Positions 47,689 through 63,100 of a stretch of DNA of 64,000 nucleotides are shown here, one piece after another. The DNA is from Thalia democratica. Its lineage: Eukaryota. The stretch covers positions 71,734,001 through 71,798,000 of the forward strand of contig OZ241826.1 in NCBI GenBank assembly GCA_965202585.1, written 5' to 3'. Under the pieces are notes generated by a model. The model saw only the letters and a list, made by a program, of their open reading frames with translations, ran no database searches and was not told the DNA's origin. The position numbers and the translations under genes are program-made. How positions within the stretch are numbered: position 1 is the first letter of the stretch; each line of letters starts with the position of its first letter.

Positions 47689-50600
47689 TCACCCATAGGA
47701 ACTGTTATTAATAAACGCCTGTCTGGCCTTCACAAAAGCCAGTATGTCAGCGTCCGTATCTTTGTCGCCCGTCAGCGGAATGTCGCTTTGCGTGTAAGTT
47801 GATTTCGCAGGCGAAGACTCGGGTGTCGACTTCATGAAGCTCTGGCTGGAAACCGAGTTGTGGTGAGATGGTTCGGACTTGAGCGTGCTGCTCAAAACTT
47901 CATCGGAACTGTATTTTGACGAAGAATAATGATTGGCTGGTTTGTAAGAAGGATTTTCGCTGACAATCGCTGATCCAAGTGGCTGGCTGTCAGGCGGCCT
48001 GTTGCTCCGCTGAGGTGTCTGCTTGCTCTGCTGCTGGCTGATCCACCACTGCTCGAAGTTGTTTTGTATCTGCACCCTGCTCTTGTTGAGGATGTGGTGC
48101 AGATGATCGATCTCCGTCTTCATCGACTTCAGCATCTGGAAGCTCTTCGAATATCTGCATAAAAGAGTAAAATCTAAAATGTTCTGCTAGTTTATTGTGC
48201 ATGCAGCTATTCATATTAAAACAAAATATTTGACTTGTACTACAGTCTTACTTGGATTTCCACTCGTCGATCTGTTTTCTGATCAGGTCTTCTTCTTCTT
48301 TTGCGTCTTCTTCGCTTTGTGACGTCATATCACTGTTCATCTGATCCAGAATGTTTTTCAAATGGTCTATATACAAAGTTTTATTATAAGTGCAGTTTTT
48401 AAATACGTAAACAACATAAGTTTGTTTTTTTTCTATATGAGATTTAGCATAAGGTTATTACTGACATGGTAGTTTTATAACTATCATTTAGGGGAAAAAT
48501 TGTTTTTGTTCATTAACTTTATACAATGTCATTAACTATTTAAAACGAGAACCTTATCATTAGCGTGTAACTGTTTACAGTAAAATCAAGTATATAAAAA
48601 CAACAAAAAAATATAATAGTAAGTGTAAAATTCATATAATTCCAAGGTATTGTCCAAAATAAAAGGTTTCAAACTTAACAATTTTGTTACAAAGTTATTC
48701 TTATAACTACATAGAGATTAGCACAAACTCCATGTTGCTACTCTTTGTACTTACTACTGGAGCAAACAACTAACTTAGTATTTATCTAAACTTTGAGGTG
48801 AAGATGTTTTTTATTTAGCTTTAGTCAAACGACTGTTTGTACTTTCTTACAGAGTCTTACAAGTCTTACAGATATTCAGAAATATTTAGTACTTAGCATC
48901 ACCTAGGTAATGTTTTTGATTTGGCATAAAATTTATCACAGGCGATGCTTAATTCATAACTATGTGGCATTTATTTTCCGGGAATGATTTCTACATGAGT
49001 AACCCGTTTTTCATCGATAATATTGTAATATAACGACGAAAGCTTTGAAAATTTTGTTTGGTTTATTTCATTTGTTATTTTGTTTTGAAAATCTTATAAG
49101 CATTTGCTTCAATTAATTCACAATGTATAAGGTGATTTATTTAGATTTTGGAATTTTGTTTTTGACCCTGGGTTTTACGGCCACCGACACTAGTACTTAA
49201 TTACGGCTTAACTATTTTAATAAAATAAGTGTTCTGCCGGGGTGTACGAAAATTTAATTTCGGACAATTCAAATTCCGACAACTCAAATTCTAAAAAAAA
49301 AATTTTAAAGCCACAACTTAAAAAGTAGAATTTATTTGGAAAAAAAAAATATGTATGTTGGTCTTATTGATATCTACAAGCCATTTTTTTCTTTTTGTAA
49401 AATAATAAAAAAAATTTTGATATGTCTAAAATAAGTCTTTAAATATACTTATTTCTATAATTTTTTAAATATCTTAAGAAATATTTAATATTTTAGAAAA
49501 AGAAAAAAAAAGGCTTGTAGATATTAATAAGACCAACACACTTTTTTTTTCTTAATTATATAATACTTTTTAAGTTGTGGCCCTTTGAATTTATTTTTTA
49601 GAATTTGAATTGTCGGAATTTGAATTGTCATGTAACCGTTCTGCCGCATTTAATCAAACTGATTGTAAACTCTAGAAAATTTGTCTAGAACTAATATTCT
49701 AATTGCAACTTTGCTTGTTTTAGAAACATACTGTTCACATATTCAACTTAATTTTTCACACAAATTAACTTACTGATTTTATTTCTGGCATCGTTGACCT
49801 TTTGACCGAGCTGTTTTGCTTCAGAATAGCGAATTTTCAACGTTTGTTTTTGATCTTCCAGCTTTGAGTAGTTTTCGTTCTTTTGTTTGTAAATTTCAAA
49901 GGCTGCTTTCTTTGCTTCAGAATTTTCAGAACCTACAACGATATTTATTATATTCGAGAAAATATTCTTTGTAGAACAATAAACCTTATCTAAAATAATC
50001 TTTTTAACAACAAAATGCTGTATACAGATTTTCTACTTTTAAATGTTTTAAAAACACTTTTCTTAAATTATTTCATTACTAACGATCGAGATATACAATT
50101 ATAAAGATTAATTAATTGCTGCAGTAATAATATATTAAACTATAATACATTTCTAACAAACAAAATTTTTGTGTAATGAGTTAAAAAATACCTTTCACCC
50201 TAAAAATACTTTCAAAAATACATTGTACTGCATATACCACAGATGTTTTTGTGTTAAAACTTTATTCCGACTAACGGCGTTTCACTGCTCTCAAATACAG
50301 TTAAGAACAGATCTACAGAGATCTAGCTTATCAGGGTCTCTAGGATTTAATTTAATGTTACATATTAAACTGCATATACCTCTTTGTTAGATGAACACTT
50401 ATAAAAACTCCTACCTCTATTAACAATGACATTATCTGCACTGTTGGGTTCGCCAGCCTCATTAATCAACCTGCTGCTGCTAGATTGCTTCATTCTTTCC
50501 TTCTTCAGCATATCAACCAGGATAGCTGACAAATTATTTAATTTTTTTATAAAGTTTTTTTTTTAAGAAATTTTGACAAAATTTGCTTAAAGTTATGTTC

Positions 50601-53334
50601 GAAATCTTATCGAAAAAGGCAAAACTTCTCACCTATTTCGTTGTCCCTCTGCTCGAGTATTTCTCTAAGCCTCTCGACTTGAGCGTCATCTAGCGACAGC
50701 TTGTTGCCAACCTCGTTCGGCTCATTGTCATGACTACCAGCCGGGTGGTGGTTGCTGGGAGCGGTCTGATTGGTGGATGCGAAGCGCTTGAGCTGGGCGA
50801 AGCAGTGTTGGATCTTCCTCATGTCTCCGCCCACGTCGAGGACCGCTTCCACGTCGGATGAAGAAACGAATGACCGGATTTGCTCGTTCAATCTGCAAGA
50901 TAATTTTATTAATAATTATTATTTAATTTTTTGAATTGAAACTTTTAGCGTCTACTTTTATACTTTCAAAACAATCTTTTATAACTTTTAATCAAACAAC
51001 TAATTATTAACGGGTTTATTATGCAACCAAAATTTTAAAATTAAATTTTCAAAAATAATGTGTTATAAATTATGTTGTGTTTTTTAAACTCATTACATCT
51101 GTTATCAAATTATTGAATTTAATTTAAATTTTTGTGATAAGTATTTTTAATCATATTAATTAATGAAACTTTTTATAGCTTTTAGTTCAAAATGTAGTAA
51201 ACTATACTTCTCTACTTATTTTAAAAAAAAAAGTAACCGAATTTCAAACCAACAAAAAAATATACTTTATAATATTATCAAAAGTTTGTTCACTTATAGA
51301 AATGTTATAAAAATTAAACTACTTTAGTTTCATATTTAAAAGTTATATTACAAACAAAACAAACAATTCAATTTCTTCAGTAGTCAGATCATCAGTTCTT
51401 TCTTGACCTGTAGCAAGCGAAATCTCGTCTTTCAATGTTCGAACTTCACGTTTCAATCGGGCTATCAGCTGTTTAAAAGTAAAGTATTAATTTTTAACTA
51501 TTTACCTAAAAATTAAAAAGTATATTATTAATTTATTATTACTGCCAAACATTTTCACTAAGTCTTAAATAGTTTCCATAGAAAAGATAGTATTGAAATA
51601 CATAATTTAAAACAATTGTTTACTAACAAGTTTAGGATCGAGTTCCTCGTTTTGTATGGCTTCATTCTTTATCATTGCGACCCTTTGAGCAAACTTGCAA
51701 GTTGAAATTGACTCCTGTGCAAATAAGTCACCAACCTTAGTACGTTTACAATTTACAACGAAAATCAATAGGCATTTACACTAATACATAGCTCAAAAGC
51801 TCAAAAGTATTACATAAAGTTACAAAGCATTTAGACAACTCTCCAAACAAACCTCAATGTTGGAGCGCTGCACCGATATGGTGGCGATCATGGTGGTCAT
51901 GCAGTTCCCCCCCAAACTGTCCCTCAGTACGGAGGTCATCATGGAGTTTCTGTACGGAATGTGCTGTCTCTTCTTCTCACTCAGCGCCACAATCACCTTG
52001 ATACAAGTTTTTGTAATTACTACTTTTTGTAAAGTGAAACTCTAATGTTTACATATAGAGTTACTCATAAACTCCACTAACTTGTTCAAGGAAATGAAGA
52101 GAAAGGTTGATATATTTAGCTTCAGTGAGCAGCTGACCGCCCACTTTCGACTTCGCTACTCTTTCTGATCTGTTTGGCAGAAAATCAAATATTATAAGGA
52201 ACGCTTAGATATACATATAACTGATATAAAGCACAGCAAGTGGGTAAAGTAAAAAAGTGTGTAGAAGTAATTGAGTAAGTAATATCAAAAGGGTACTAGA
52301 ATAAAAAATTTAATCGAAAGTAAACTTAATTTGCCACCTACCCTGCCAGATCAACAAGATGAAGTTTGGAGTTTTTGATGGTGGCACTGCCTGGTTGCCT
52401 GCTGGTGATGTGAATGGTGAATATGCAGTGGGAACGAGTCGACGCCTGGTTCATCGGCGTCTCTGCCACCATTCTGTTTGATTGTTTGATAGAACATTAG
52501 TTTTCCATAAAGATGTTGAAAGCAGTATGTTACAAAATTGTTAACTTCATTTATGCTGACAGAAAACAAATAAAACGTTGAAGTTCTTATTAAAGTAGCA
52601 ATGATAAAAATCTTTTTTTTTAATTAGATTATTTTTATTTTTTTTATTTAAAGTATTTATTTAAAAGTTTTTCATTCTACTGCAAGTAAGATGAGCATTT
52701 TGAAAAGCACTGAAACTTACCGATTTGTGTCACCGAGAAACAATAAGTTCAAAGCTTCTTCCTCATTATTCGCAGTAATGACTGACATATTTTTCAAGTG
52801 AATGTTTTGATCTGAGTCTTCCATCAATGAAACTTTACTAAACAATGATTAAGATGTTTTAAATAGTTGTTTAAATGATTATAAACAATTTACAATGTTT
52901 AACTATTTCCACAAAAAAAGCAAAAACTTAATACATAGAAATTCTTATTACTTAACTATAAAGATAAAATCTATAAAATGTATTTATACTGATTTGATGG
53001 GAGCTACATAAATTTCAATTATTTTTTCAATCAATATGAAAGTACGTGTATTTATATACTTTCTGCCATGATAACTTTTTTTTTATATGCAACAAATACT
53101 AAATTTGACGTATTTTAAGTAGTTGTTAATGTTACTAATTAATTATTGTAATGTTTTTTAATGCAGCAAGACTAACGGAAGGTCTTCAAGTTTAGTTGCT
53201 TCGTGACGCGGATCCAGCAAATCGTAGCCGAACTCATTGTATATTTCCAAATACGATATATCAGTTGTGTATATCTTCTCTTTATCTTCTTTGTACTTAA
53301 AATATAAAAATATCTTAAAAAATTTATTATACTT

Positions 53335-53381
<47 letters not shown>

Positions 53382-56300
53382 AAACAGTACATATAATTAA
53401 TTCTAAATTTCAAAAAACTAATACTTAAATAGCTGAAAAAAAAAAGTTTTAAAGTTTCTCTAATAAAAGAAGTTTATATCTAGTCTTCATTCAATAAAAC
53501 GCAAGTAGACATAGTTCTTTTCTTTTATTGTTAGTTTTAACTAGAACTAATTCTAAGTTTTATCAAACACGTTAAAACTTTAGCATCATGACTATGCAGA
53601 CCAAACGATTCTGTATTAAGACAAACACGACTTTAAATACAAATACAATGAGTGTTAGACAGGATGGCAAAATAATCAAAAATTTGTTCCAGGTTTTTCT
53701 AATTTCTGATATTTTCCATAACTTTTAAAGTACAAGCTAGTTTTATTGTCTTATTTAACTATAAATCTAAACTTGACACAAAAAAGGTGACTTTAATAGA
53801 AGAAAAGTACGCAACCTATGAAACTGCTATTTTGAATGCTCGTTATTCAAATTCAATCTATATTAATATTTTGATCAACACAGGGTTGCTATAGGTTTAT
53901 GAAAAATTATTTAAGGTTTTTGAAATTCTAACAGGTTTTTGAAAGCATAAAAGCATTTATTGGCTACTTTTAATATAAAATTAAATTTTAGATAAAAAAA
54001 TGTTTTAAATTGTATAAAAATATTGAAAAGATACTGCAGTGCTATTTTAAGTGTGTTTTTTATAAATAAAGTTTTAAATGATACAAAGATAAATTAGAGT
54101 ATATAATATTTTTTTCGTATCTAACCAAAATTTCATTATTTTACATGTAAAAATTGTTTAGAATTCAGGGTTTTTTATTGACTTTTGTTCAAAACTCTAA
54201 GTTTTTTTTTTTTTGTTTCTTTTTATTTCAAAATTTCTCAAATTCCAGGTTTTTCCAGGATTCCAGGTTTTATGGCAACCATTATCAAGTTCTTCCAGGT
54301 TGTTTTATAACTTAACATTGATAGGCTAATATATATGTATAAATTCAAATAAAACTTATGTAAAAAGTATACTACAACAGCAAACTTTGTCACCAATAAA
54401 AATAAGTTTAGTTTTGTATTGTCAATAATAAAAAAACTTTTTTTTTTTAATTTCAAACACTATTTCAAATACAGGTTATATAGCTCTGCATAGGAACATT
54501 TAAAAAATTATGTTCAAACTGAGCTTCTGTAAAATTTTCAGTTAAAAAAAAAACAAAAAATAACTTTTAATTAAAATGTTTGTATACGTAAAGTATACGA
54601 AAATTGTTACAACTACATGTAAGTAAACTAGATCAATTTTTTAACAAAATATACTTTTTCGAAGACATAGGAAAGAGCTCTTGGTATGATTCCTCTGTCA
54701 GCATACTTTTCAACACCACCAGTTATTGTAAAGGTTTTTCCACTGCCAGTCTGTTATACATTTCTCAATAGCAGTTAGTGTGTACATTTCAGTAGAAATA
54801 CAACTGTTTTATTAGCTTTTAAGCTTCCAACAAAGTTTTGTTTCATGTGACTTAACTATTTAATACACACATTTTAACTCTTTTGGTACAGTAAAAATAG
54901 TGTTGATATGTTGTCTTGATCATATCTTTATTTTTGAATTACACCAAGTACTCATTTTTACAATTATATAATGACCTAATATATTTTGTGAAAATTTAAT
55001 ACTCTACTTAAACACTAACCAAAAAAAAAGTATGCTATTTATTAACTTAAGTATGCTATTTTGTATTTCATATAAACTACAATTATAACTATAAATACTC
55101 TTTTCAATAAATTATGAATTTTGTATATTTCAGATAAAGTTGAACTTTTGCACTGATTGAATTTTGGAAAGAACTCATAATTACGTTATAATGTTATTCT
55201 AGTGTAGTTTGTGAACTAATGTTATTCATTTCAAAATCTAAACAGCTGAAGATTATAGCATCAAGCTTTATGAAAAATATGTACTGGTAATTCTGAGCTT
55301 TACAATTTGCAATTAAAGAATTAAAGCCCTTTATGTGGGCTTAGTGAAAAATGACTCAGTTAATTTACTTCTATTATATATATGTATATACTTAAGTTGA
55401 ATGGAAATTAACCTTAAACTTTGAAAACCAATAACAAAGAAAAAAATTCATATATATACACTTATTGTTCATCTCTTTAACCATTGATTTAGTTTGTGGT
55501 ATCTAGTTTATTAGGGGTTTGATTTGTAAGCAACACCTTCCCTTATAGATCTTAAGTACTTTTTAGTTTTGATTTTTTGGCCGATCTATTGTTAATGTGC
55601 TTGGGGTTTTAGACTCTAAAATTATTGGATGCTCAGTTGATTTGTAAGCTAGATTTATAAATTGTTGCTACCACATATTTGTAGTACTTTTTAACTAAAT
55701 TTGCCGCGGTAAAACTTTGAAAACATGATGAATAACAAATAATTGTTAAGATCAATATTCTACAAGATGAAAATTTCTATCTAAAGTTAAAAATAAATGC
55801 TGTTTTGAAATTTCTGGTTTGATGAAGAATGGTTGACTTATATCTTCAAGATATTTTCTAGAATTTCGAGCCAGGTTCTGAAAAATTTTGACAAGAGGTG
55901 CTTATTTCAAAAATCTATTGTTTTGGAATATATAATTGGAAATTGATAGATCGTTTGAATATTTTAGTTATAAAACTTTGAGTTTTTTCAGTTTGTACCT
56001 TGTATATTTTTTATGTTTATTTTAACACTGTAATTTGTTTTTCTTTTTATGTTAGTGTCTTTCAGTTTAAGTGGCTTAGGTTTTAATGCCTAGGTCCTTT
56101 GTTTGACAATAAACTTTAATAATATACTTATTGCAAAAAAACATTTGATAAAACTATAGACGAGACTTTTTAAACAAAGTTTTGAATACCTTTTTTAATC
56201 TAGGAAAAATATATAAAACACTTTTGTTAAAAGTAGGTTTTAATTGGTTTTTCTTTGACCATTGATTTTTTATTAATCAATATTCGATCTTAGCAAAAAC

Positions 56301-59300
56301 CTTTCAAATTTTTCGCAGTAACTGACATAACTTTAGTTCTATACGGAATTTTCTTTATTTGGTTTGAAGCTCTAGTCTAGATGCACTAGAAAACTAAAAG
56401 TTATACTTTAATTTTAGCAATCATTCAATAAAAACTCAGTAATCGTGTTGTCTATTTCCTATAAGAAACTTTATACTTCCTAGTATCTGCTAAGATCAAT
56501 CCTAAAATTAGTCTTTTATAATACAACCACTCTTCTTAAACATTAATTTAGTAAAAAAATTAAGTATTTTCAAACCAAACTGTTAATTTTAAGCTATAAA
56601 ATGTCTTTTTTTTAATAAACATAAAAACAGTTCAACACATACAGTTTAATATAGTTTTGGATAATTAGATAATTTTTGACACATGTAAAACATATAATTA
56701 ATTATTTATTATATTATATGATTAAAAAAAATAATTATTTATTATCATAATTTGATTTCACCATAATTTATATTAAACTAAGTAAAAATGCGGAATATAA
56801 AATTCATATACTTACTTGTCCATAGGCAAATATTGTTCCATTGTATCCAGAAAGTACACTTAAAAGTTAAAGAGTTTTGAAAATTTGAAAAAAAAAAATT
56901 AAAAAATTTATATAGATTTTACAATTCAAGTTATTATAAATAAAAGTTAGCCTAATATTATCTGTAAAACTTTATTTACTTGTCAACCACACCTTTGGCA
57001 ACTTCATTGAAAACTGTGTCTTGATTTGTCTTTTGATCAAAAATGTTATTGAACCTACAATGTTTTATGCTAGTAAACTTACAACTACAAGAGGTTATTT
57101 ATGTAAGACTTAATAAAATCTAGTATCAGGAAAATATAAGTTTTACCGAAATTTCTTAGCAAAATTTTATTTACAAGATCCAGTAAATATTAACTGTTTT
57201 GACAAATCATTTGATTTCAATATACTAATTTTCTAGATTTTTAATAGGACATACACTCTTACAAACAATATAACTTGCTTGACAATAAATAAAAATTACT
57301 TAACCTTTTACAAAAAAACTTTAGGAAAAAAATGCTGCTTAATCAAGACAATAAATAGCATTTAAAATAAAAAATATAACATACATAAAAGTTTATTAAA
57401 TAAAAGTTTTATTATTATCTCGTATCAAATATTTAAAAATGATGATGGCTTATAGTTTTTATATTTTTTCATAAAAATTTACATTTTAAATTTATTTTTT
57501 TAAATAACCTTCAAATAATCAGATAAATTAAATATAAGTCTGATTAAATATAAATAAAAATTACTTAACCTTTTACAAAAAAACTTTAGGAAAAAAATGC
57601 TGCTTAATCAAGACAATAAATAGCATTTAAAATAAAAAATATAACATACATAAAAGTTTATTAAATAAAAGTTTTATTATTATCTAGTATCAAATATTTA
57701 AAAATGATGATGGCTTGTAGTTTTTATATTTTTTCATAAAAATTAACTTTTTAAATTTATTTTTTTAAATAACCTTCAAATAATCAGATAAATTAAATAT
57801 AAGTCTGTTGTAAACTTAAACAACATTTACTTTGATCAGCAGTCAACTTAAAAGAATTGTTTATACATATACAATTTTTAACTCATTTAAAATGTAAATA
57901 TCTATTTTAAGTTTTATTATTCTAAATAGTTTAAAAACGTTAAAATTTAAATGTTTCAAAGCTATTGAAAAGTTCAATGTTCTAAAGTGTTTAATTAATA
58001 GAGTAACATAACTAAACTACATAACACAAAAACACAAAAGTTTAAATGATATTTGTAAATTTATGTTGTTTCTTATATCCTAATTAATAGTTATCTCCTG
58101 AATTATTTTTTTAACTAAACAAACCCAAACACATGTTTTTCTTTTTTGTTATTAATGTACAAATCAGTATCTTTTGGAACAAACAGCTCTAAAGCAGATT
58201 TGTCAGCTAAATTTGTTTCTTCATCTACATTGTAAACAACCTATACAAAATAAATTCAAGTTATAGTATTTTTTTTAATTCAAAAACAATTATTCAGTAG
58301 TCTATGCTAGTTTAAGAATAATTGGTCTAGCACTAAGCAAAAGAAAAGTACATGTCAATGTTTTCTAGTGTTATTTGATGATTTTTAAATATTACATTAA
58401 GTTTTTCTATGTTTTTTTTTGAATGTGCAATTTTTCAGACTGTTATTGCTTTACAGTGTAGTGGAAACCCAGTTAAGGGCATAGGGGAGGTCAAACACTT
58501 TTTTTCTAAAGACTAATATTGACTCTTATTTGAAACAGTTTTGCAACTCTTTGAGCCAAAAAACTGTTTTGATTAACCAATATGATTAACCAATATGTCC
58601 TCAGTGACCTTAAACTGTTCTGAGTCATCCTGAGTTTTTTCAAACCCTTAAAAAAATTCTAAAACTTTTCAAGTTCAAAAAATATCATGTTTTTTTAATA
58701 ACATGGTTACAAACTAACAAAATAATTAGACTTAACCAACTAAATCTCATTCAAAATCTAGAAAAAAACTGGCCTGAGATTTTGAGAAATCTTAAAACTA
58801 CTCTGAGTCAGCCTGAATTTAAAAAAATAATAATATCTTGAGTTATATTGAGTCATCCTGAGATTTTCAGAAATTTCAAAACATCCTGAGTTATCCTGAG
58901 TGTCCTGAGTGTAGGCAAACCCTGTTGAAAGCTTAGATAATATTCTTTAAGTGCTTTTTATAGAAAAAAGTAGCTTACTTTTAACATATAACATGTTTTA
59001 TAAAAAAAATCAACTACAACTAAACATTTTCAGGGCTTATATTCTAAATTTTTTGAAAAATTCACTAAATATATATATCCCTCTTCATTTTTAAAACAAC
59101 TTCGTTTAATTTTTTACCATAATTTTTAATCAATATTACAATTTATAGGAAGAATTACTTTGAAATCATTAAATAAAACAAACTGTGAGCAAATTTTTTT
59201 GAATATATTTTTGTCAATTTTATTATAAAATTATAAAACTAGTTTTTACAATTGTTGAAAATTATTTACAGAACACTGTGAAAAAAATTTGCTCAAAAAC

Positions 59301-60118
59301 AGAAGCAGAAGATATATTTTTAGTAAAATAATCAATTTTTGCCTTTTTAGTGTGTGCCTCCTGTTGAGAACCTATCAGACTGACTAAATTTGATCTCTTA
59401 TACTGCAAAAGTTACTTCCAACTTTAACAAGCACTAAAAAGTAATAATTATGTAGAAAGTTTAATTAATTATGTACAAAATGAGACTTACTTTTGAAAAA
59501 AAAAGTTTTAATTTCTCCCCTCCCCTTTTCCCTTAAAAGGGAATTATATACCATTTAAAAGTTTTATTTTGTATTTGAAAATTGTTACATATTAATTAAA
59601 AGAATTTATATCACAAAAGTTTTATTTTGATTAACAATTCTAAGAACTTTTATTAATATAGATATACTACACAATAAGCAATTCATAAGGGACTTGAGCT
59701 AAAATAAAACTAGGTAGGAAATAAGCTACTATAAATTGTATTCTGATATTTCTAAAAAATTGGCAATAAAAAAAACACTTTTATTGTTTTCTAATAATAT
59801 TGTAGCTTCACTTTTAAGCTAGCTAAGTTTTTTTTTGTGAAATACTATTTTAATTAAAATATTTTGTACAAATTGTAACTGATAGTTGTTTTATTAATTA
59901 CTAAAATTATAATAGAAAATTTAAACTACTAACTGCCAAGATAACTACAAATATTAAAAAAAAAATTAACAAAATTATATTTTGTAAACTACATACTATT
60001 GTAGTATTAAAATTTATATGTGTAAAAAGTAGTGTAGAAAATATCTAAAAAAACTTACCAAATTTTTAGCTCTAGATGGTTTGACTCTACAAAATATTTT
60101 GATGGCAGATTTCACCAT
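47689..60118 (-). CDS. KIF6: Kinesin-9 family KIF6, 17 exons, about 763 aa. Exons: 60118-60059, 58240-58125, 57054-56980, 56858-56816, 54750-54655, 53295-53177, 52837-52721, 52473-52342, 52169-52082, 51996-51853, 51714-51628, 51468-51365, 50892-50633, 50525-50415, 49932-49774, 48366-48252, 48154-47689
   Basis: [14 protein letters not shown]; [17 protein letters not shown]; [10 protein letters not shown]; [14 protein letters not shown]; [12 protein letters not shown]; DLAGSER; GADMRK-like [11 protein letters not shown]; C-terminal [12 protein letters not shown]. Phases are consistent. Confidence 0.95.
49240..49637. mobile_element. Mutator-like/foldback MITE in KIF6 intron
   Basis: Inverted repeats of about 125 bp (49263-49390 and 49505-49629). 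A 9-bp direct repeat GTTCTGCCG lies at 49231-49239 and 49638-49646. Confidence 0.75.
53338..53380 (+). repeat. (AAC)n microsatellite in KIF6 intron
   Basis: About 14 AAC units. This produces the spurious poly-Leu ORF 53172-53381. Confidence 0.95.
53881..54293. mobile_element. Degenerate CAGGGTTGCCA-type TIR element remnant
   Basis: CAGGGTTGCTATAGG at 53881 and TTATGGCAACC with CCAGG subterminal repeats at about 54245-54291. Confidence 0.4.
57286..57807. repeat. Near-identical 265-bp tandem duplication in KIF6 intron 2
   Basis: 57286-57542 repeats at 57551-57807 with only a few substitutions. Confidence 0.9.
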
Positions 60119-63100
60119 TTCGTTTGATGCTATAAATATTCCATTCAAATTCAGATATAATATTTATCATCCATTTTATACTAAATTTTTTTTTTTTTTA
60201 ATCTAAAACTTAAATGTATATTTAATTTGTTTTTATATGCTACAAGGTTACATGATTGTTTTTTAAGTCACTTAACTGAAATCAATTTCCAAAAACAAAT
60301 TGTATAAACATAATCTAAATTTATTTAAAGATAATTGTCTAAGAGATATTCTTTGACATGTTTTTATCCTAATTACAACTTATCAGGCATTTAGTCCTCT
60401 GGTGTAGTCAATATTGCCAAAAATAGTTTAAACTGATGTGGCCACAGAAACTTAAAACATTTTGTTCTGGAAAGTGTGCAACAAAACTTTTTTACTGGAC
60501 CTAAAGTGGTTTACTTAACTTTGTAAGCACCAGTATTTTAAATTTTAGAAGTTAATTTAAAGCTTTCTGATTTTCTTCCAGGTTTTTTTAAATACAAGTT
60601 TTCTAGTCCTACTAAGTTAAAGGTAAAAAATATTTTATTAGGACAAAATTACTGAAGAGCATCTGTAATGCTACTTTAAAATATTTCAAAATGTTTAAAA
60701 CTGTAAAAAGTATATTGCCAAGATTCTTTATCTAAAAAATATAAAATTCAAAAAAAAATTCTTTCTTTGAATTAGTTATTTGAAAATATATATATTTCAT
60801 TCTCAAATTTATTTTTATAATGACTTAAATACTCAATACAGTATTCCTCACTTATCAGGGTTGCAAGTATTTTTTTTATAAATTAGGCCAAAATAGCATT
60901 TTGCTGGGATAAGAACAAGATATGTTCTTTTTTTATTACCTACCTCATTACTATTATGCAATGCATATAAAAAAAATGTACACAATAATATGTTAATTTA
61001 ATTTACTTTAACTTTATTCAACAAAGCAAAGAACTAAAACAGACAAAAATAAACAAAACAAAACTTTGTAAAGTTTAAAAATAATTTAACAAAAACAAAC
61101 TACATCATGAACAGTTTAATTTATATTGAAACTCTTTCTCAAAAAGAAAGAATGGAGGCCTGTTTGACATAACTTTTTTGTTTCTTAGCATAAAACTCAT
61201 GGATTTGGATAAGTTGTGAAACACTTTAAGGTTTTTTGTTTCATCCTGCCGGTTGTTTACTAATCCTAAGGTATGTCCTGGCAACATTCTTAGACACAAA
61301 TTGGTTTTACTGCCATTGGAAATTTAATGTGTGGAGTAGCCCTTGGTTTAGTATTGTTATTTTGTATAGCATCAAAAATAATAATTATAACATTGAGTTT
61401 TTTTTTTTTTTTAATTTTCATATTACTATAAACTGCTTGCTTAGTAATTGAAATTAAATTAAACTTGTATTTATAAGTAAATCATTGTTTTTAGTTAAAT
61501 AAGTTAAACAAATCTACTTCTCAACTAAAAGACTAAAACAGGTCAGCCAGATAAGCAAGGAAGCACTGTATCTATTTTTTTAGCCTTGGTGGATCTTCAA
61601 TTATTTTAGCTTTAATCAAAAATTGAGTGTATAAAGTGTAGACCGCTATGAAGATGGTGTATTTAAAGTAGTAAAACAGTATTTAAATTTTGCTTATTAA
61701 AATCAAAGCCACTAAGTAAGTTAAAATATTTTTTTACAAAAAAATAACATTTTAAATATATCTGAAAGCTTAATTTATGAACTATAGTTTCTAGTCAATA
61801 TATCTAGTTTTATAAAAAGTTTAATGAAAGTTTTTTGAGCTAAAATAACTAGGGTAAAATGTTTAAGACAGTTCTTTTTACTGCTATGCTGTGCACATTT
61901 TTCAAAACTATCATAACTGAGTTTCAAAAAGCTTCTTTAGTTACAGCCTTATTTGTCACCTTTTTCTTTTGCTCTTAGTAATGAAATATTTACTCAAACC
62001 GTTAATTTGGTACATTTTAAACGTTAACATAAGTTTTGATAAAGTTTAAGTAAACTTTTAAACTAATATGTAATTAATTAAACCATTGATTTTAAACGTT
62101 AGCTATGTTTAAGTGCACAATAACTGGTTTTATCCGAATCAGCTGTAAAATTATACTTTCGAAAAAAAGTAATTGATAACTTTGTTACTAATTCATGATT
62201 TGTTAATGCACTACTTAAAAAAGATTTTTTAATAAGTTTAACAGTTTGTAACTTTTTTCAGTGGGTTGCACATTTTTTGTTTAATAATAGAGTATTTTTT
62301 GTTATAACTTTTAATAATACACTTAAGACCTGGACATGACATATTTAATAACACACATGTCCTTGACATGACATTAAACTGTATCCTGGTGTATGACTCG
62401 ATAACCGAAAGTTTTTTTCGTACACCAGGTCCTAGGACCAAATAATTGAGCGCTTTTTTTTTTGTTCAATAAACAATAAGAAAATTACGACACTATCTAC
62501 TACATTACTGTCTAAAAATTTTTATGCACGAAAATTCTTTAAACTTTAAACAACTTAAAAATCAAAGTAAAACAAGAATACAAAGTCTTTAATAGTAATC
62601 CAGTTCTTTAAGTTTTAGTAAAATAATTTAAATATAAATATTGTTTTTATTGACAGTGTTAAAATATTGCCTTAAATTGTGAAGCTGTTGTAATAACGAA
62701 ATACTTTATACATAAAAAACTATAAACGAAGTATTAAACCAAATAAATAATTAACTTGTATTAATCGTACAACATATTCGTAGATACGTAAATAAATTAC
62801 TTATTCAAACAGTTTCAGTTAAAGTAATTTAGCTGGAAATCAAATATAAATCAAAAACTAAATATTTTTTTGAAAACAAACTTATAACAAATGTTAATTT
62901 TTTTTATAACTAGAAGAAAAATAAAATAAAAATAGTGAACTAAGGTTTTTCTAATATTGTGACTTGTGATTAACAGTATGTGATTTGGTCAAAAGCTCGA
63001 AATAAAATTAAATTATTCAAAATGTAAAATCATTCAAAAATTATTTTCTTAAAATTTTTTAACTGGCTAGTTTTGACTGAAAAGTTTCCTATATCAAATT

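Noticed and set aside
53172-53381. Poly-Leu signal-peptide-like ORF
   Set aside because: An (AAC)n microsatellite plus an off-frame KIF6 exon.
58450-58925. Region with CTGAGTCATCCTGAG repeats as a complete MITE
   Set aside because: It looks like transposon subterminal repeats, but I could not pair two TIRs or find a TSD.
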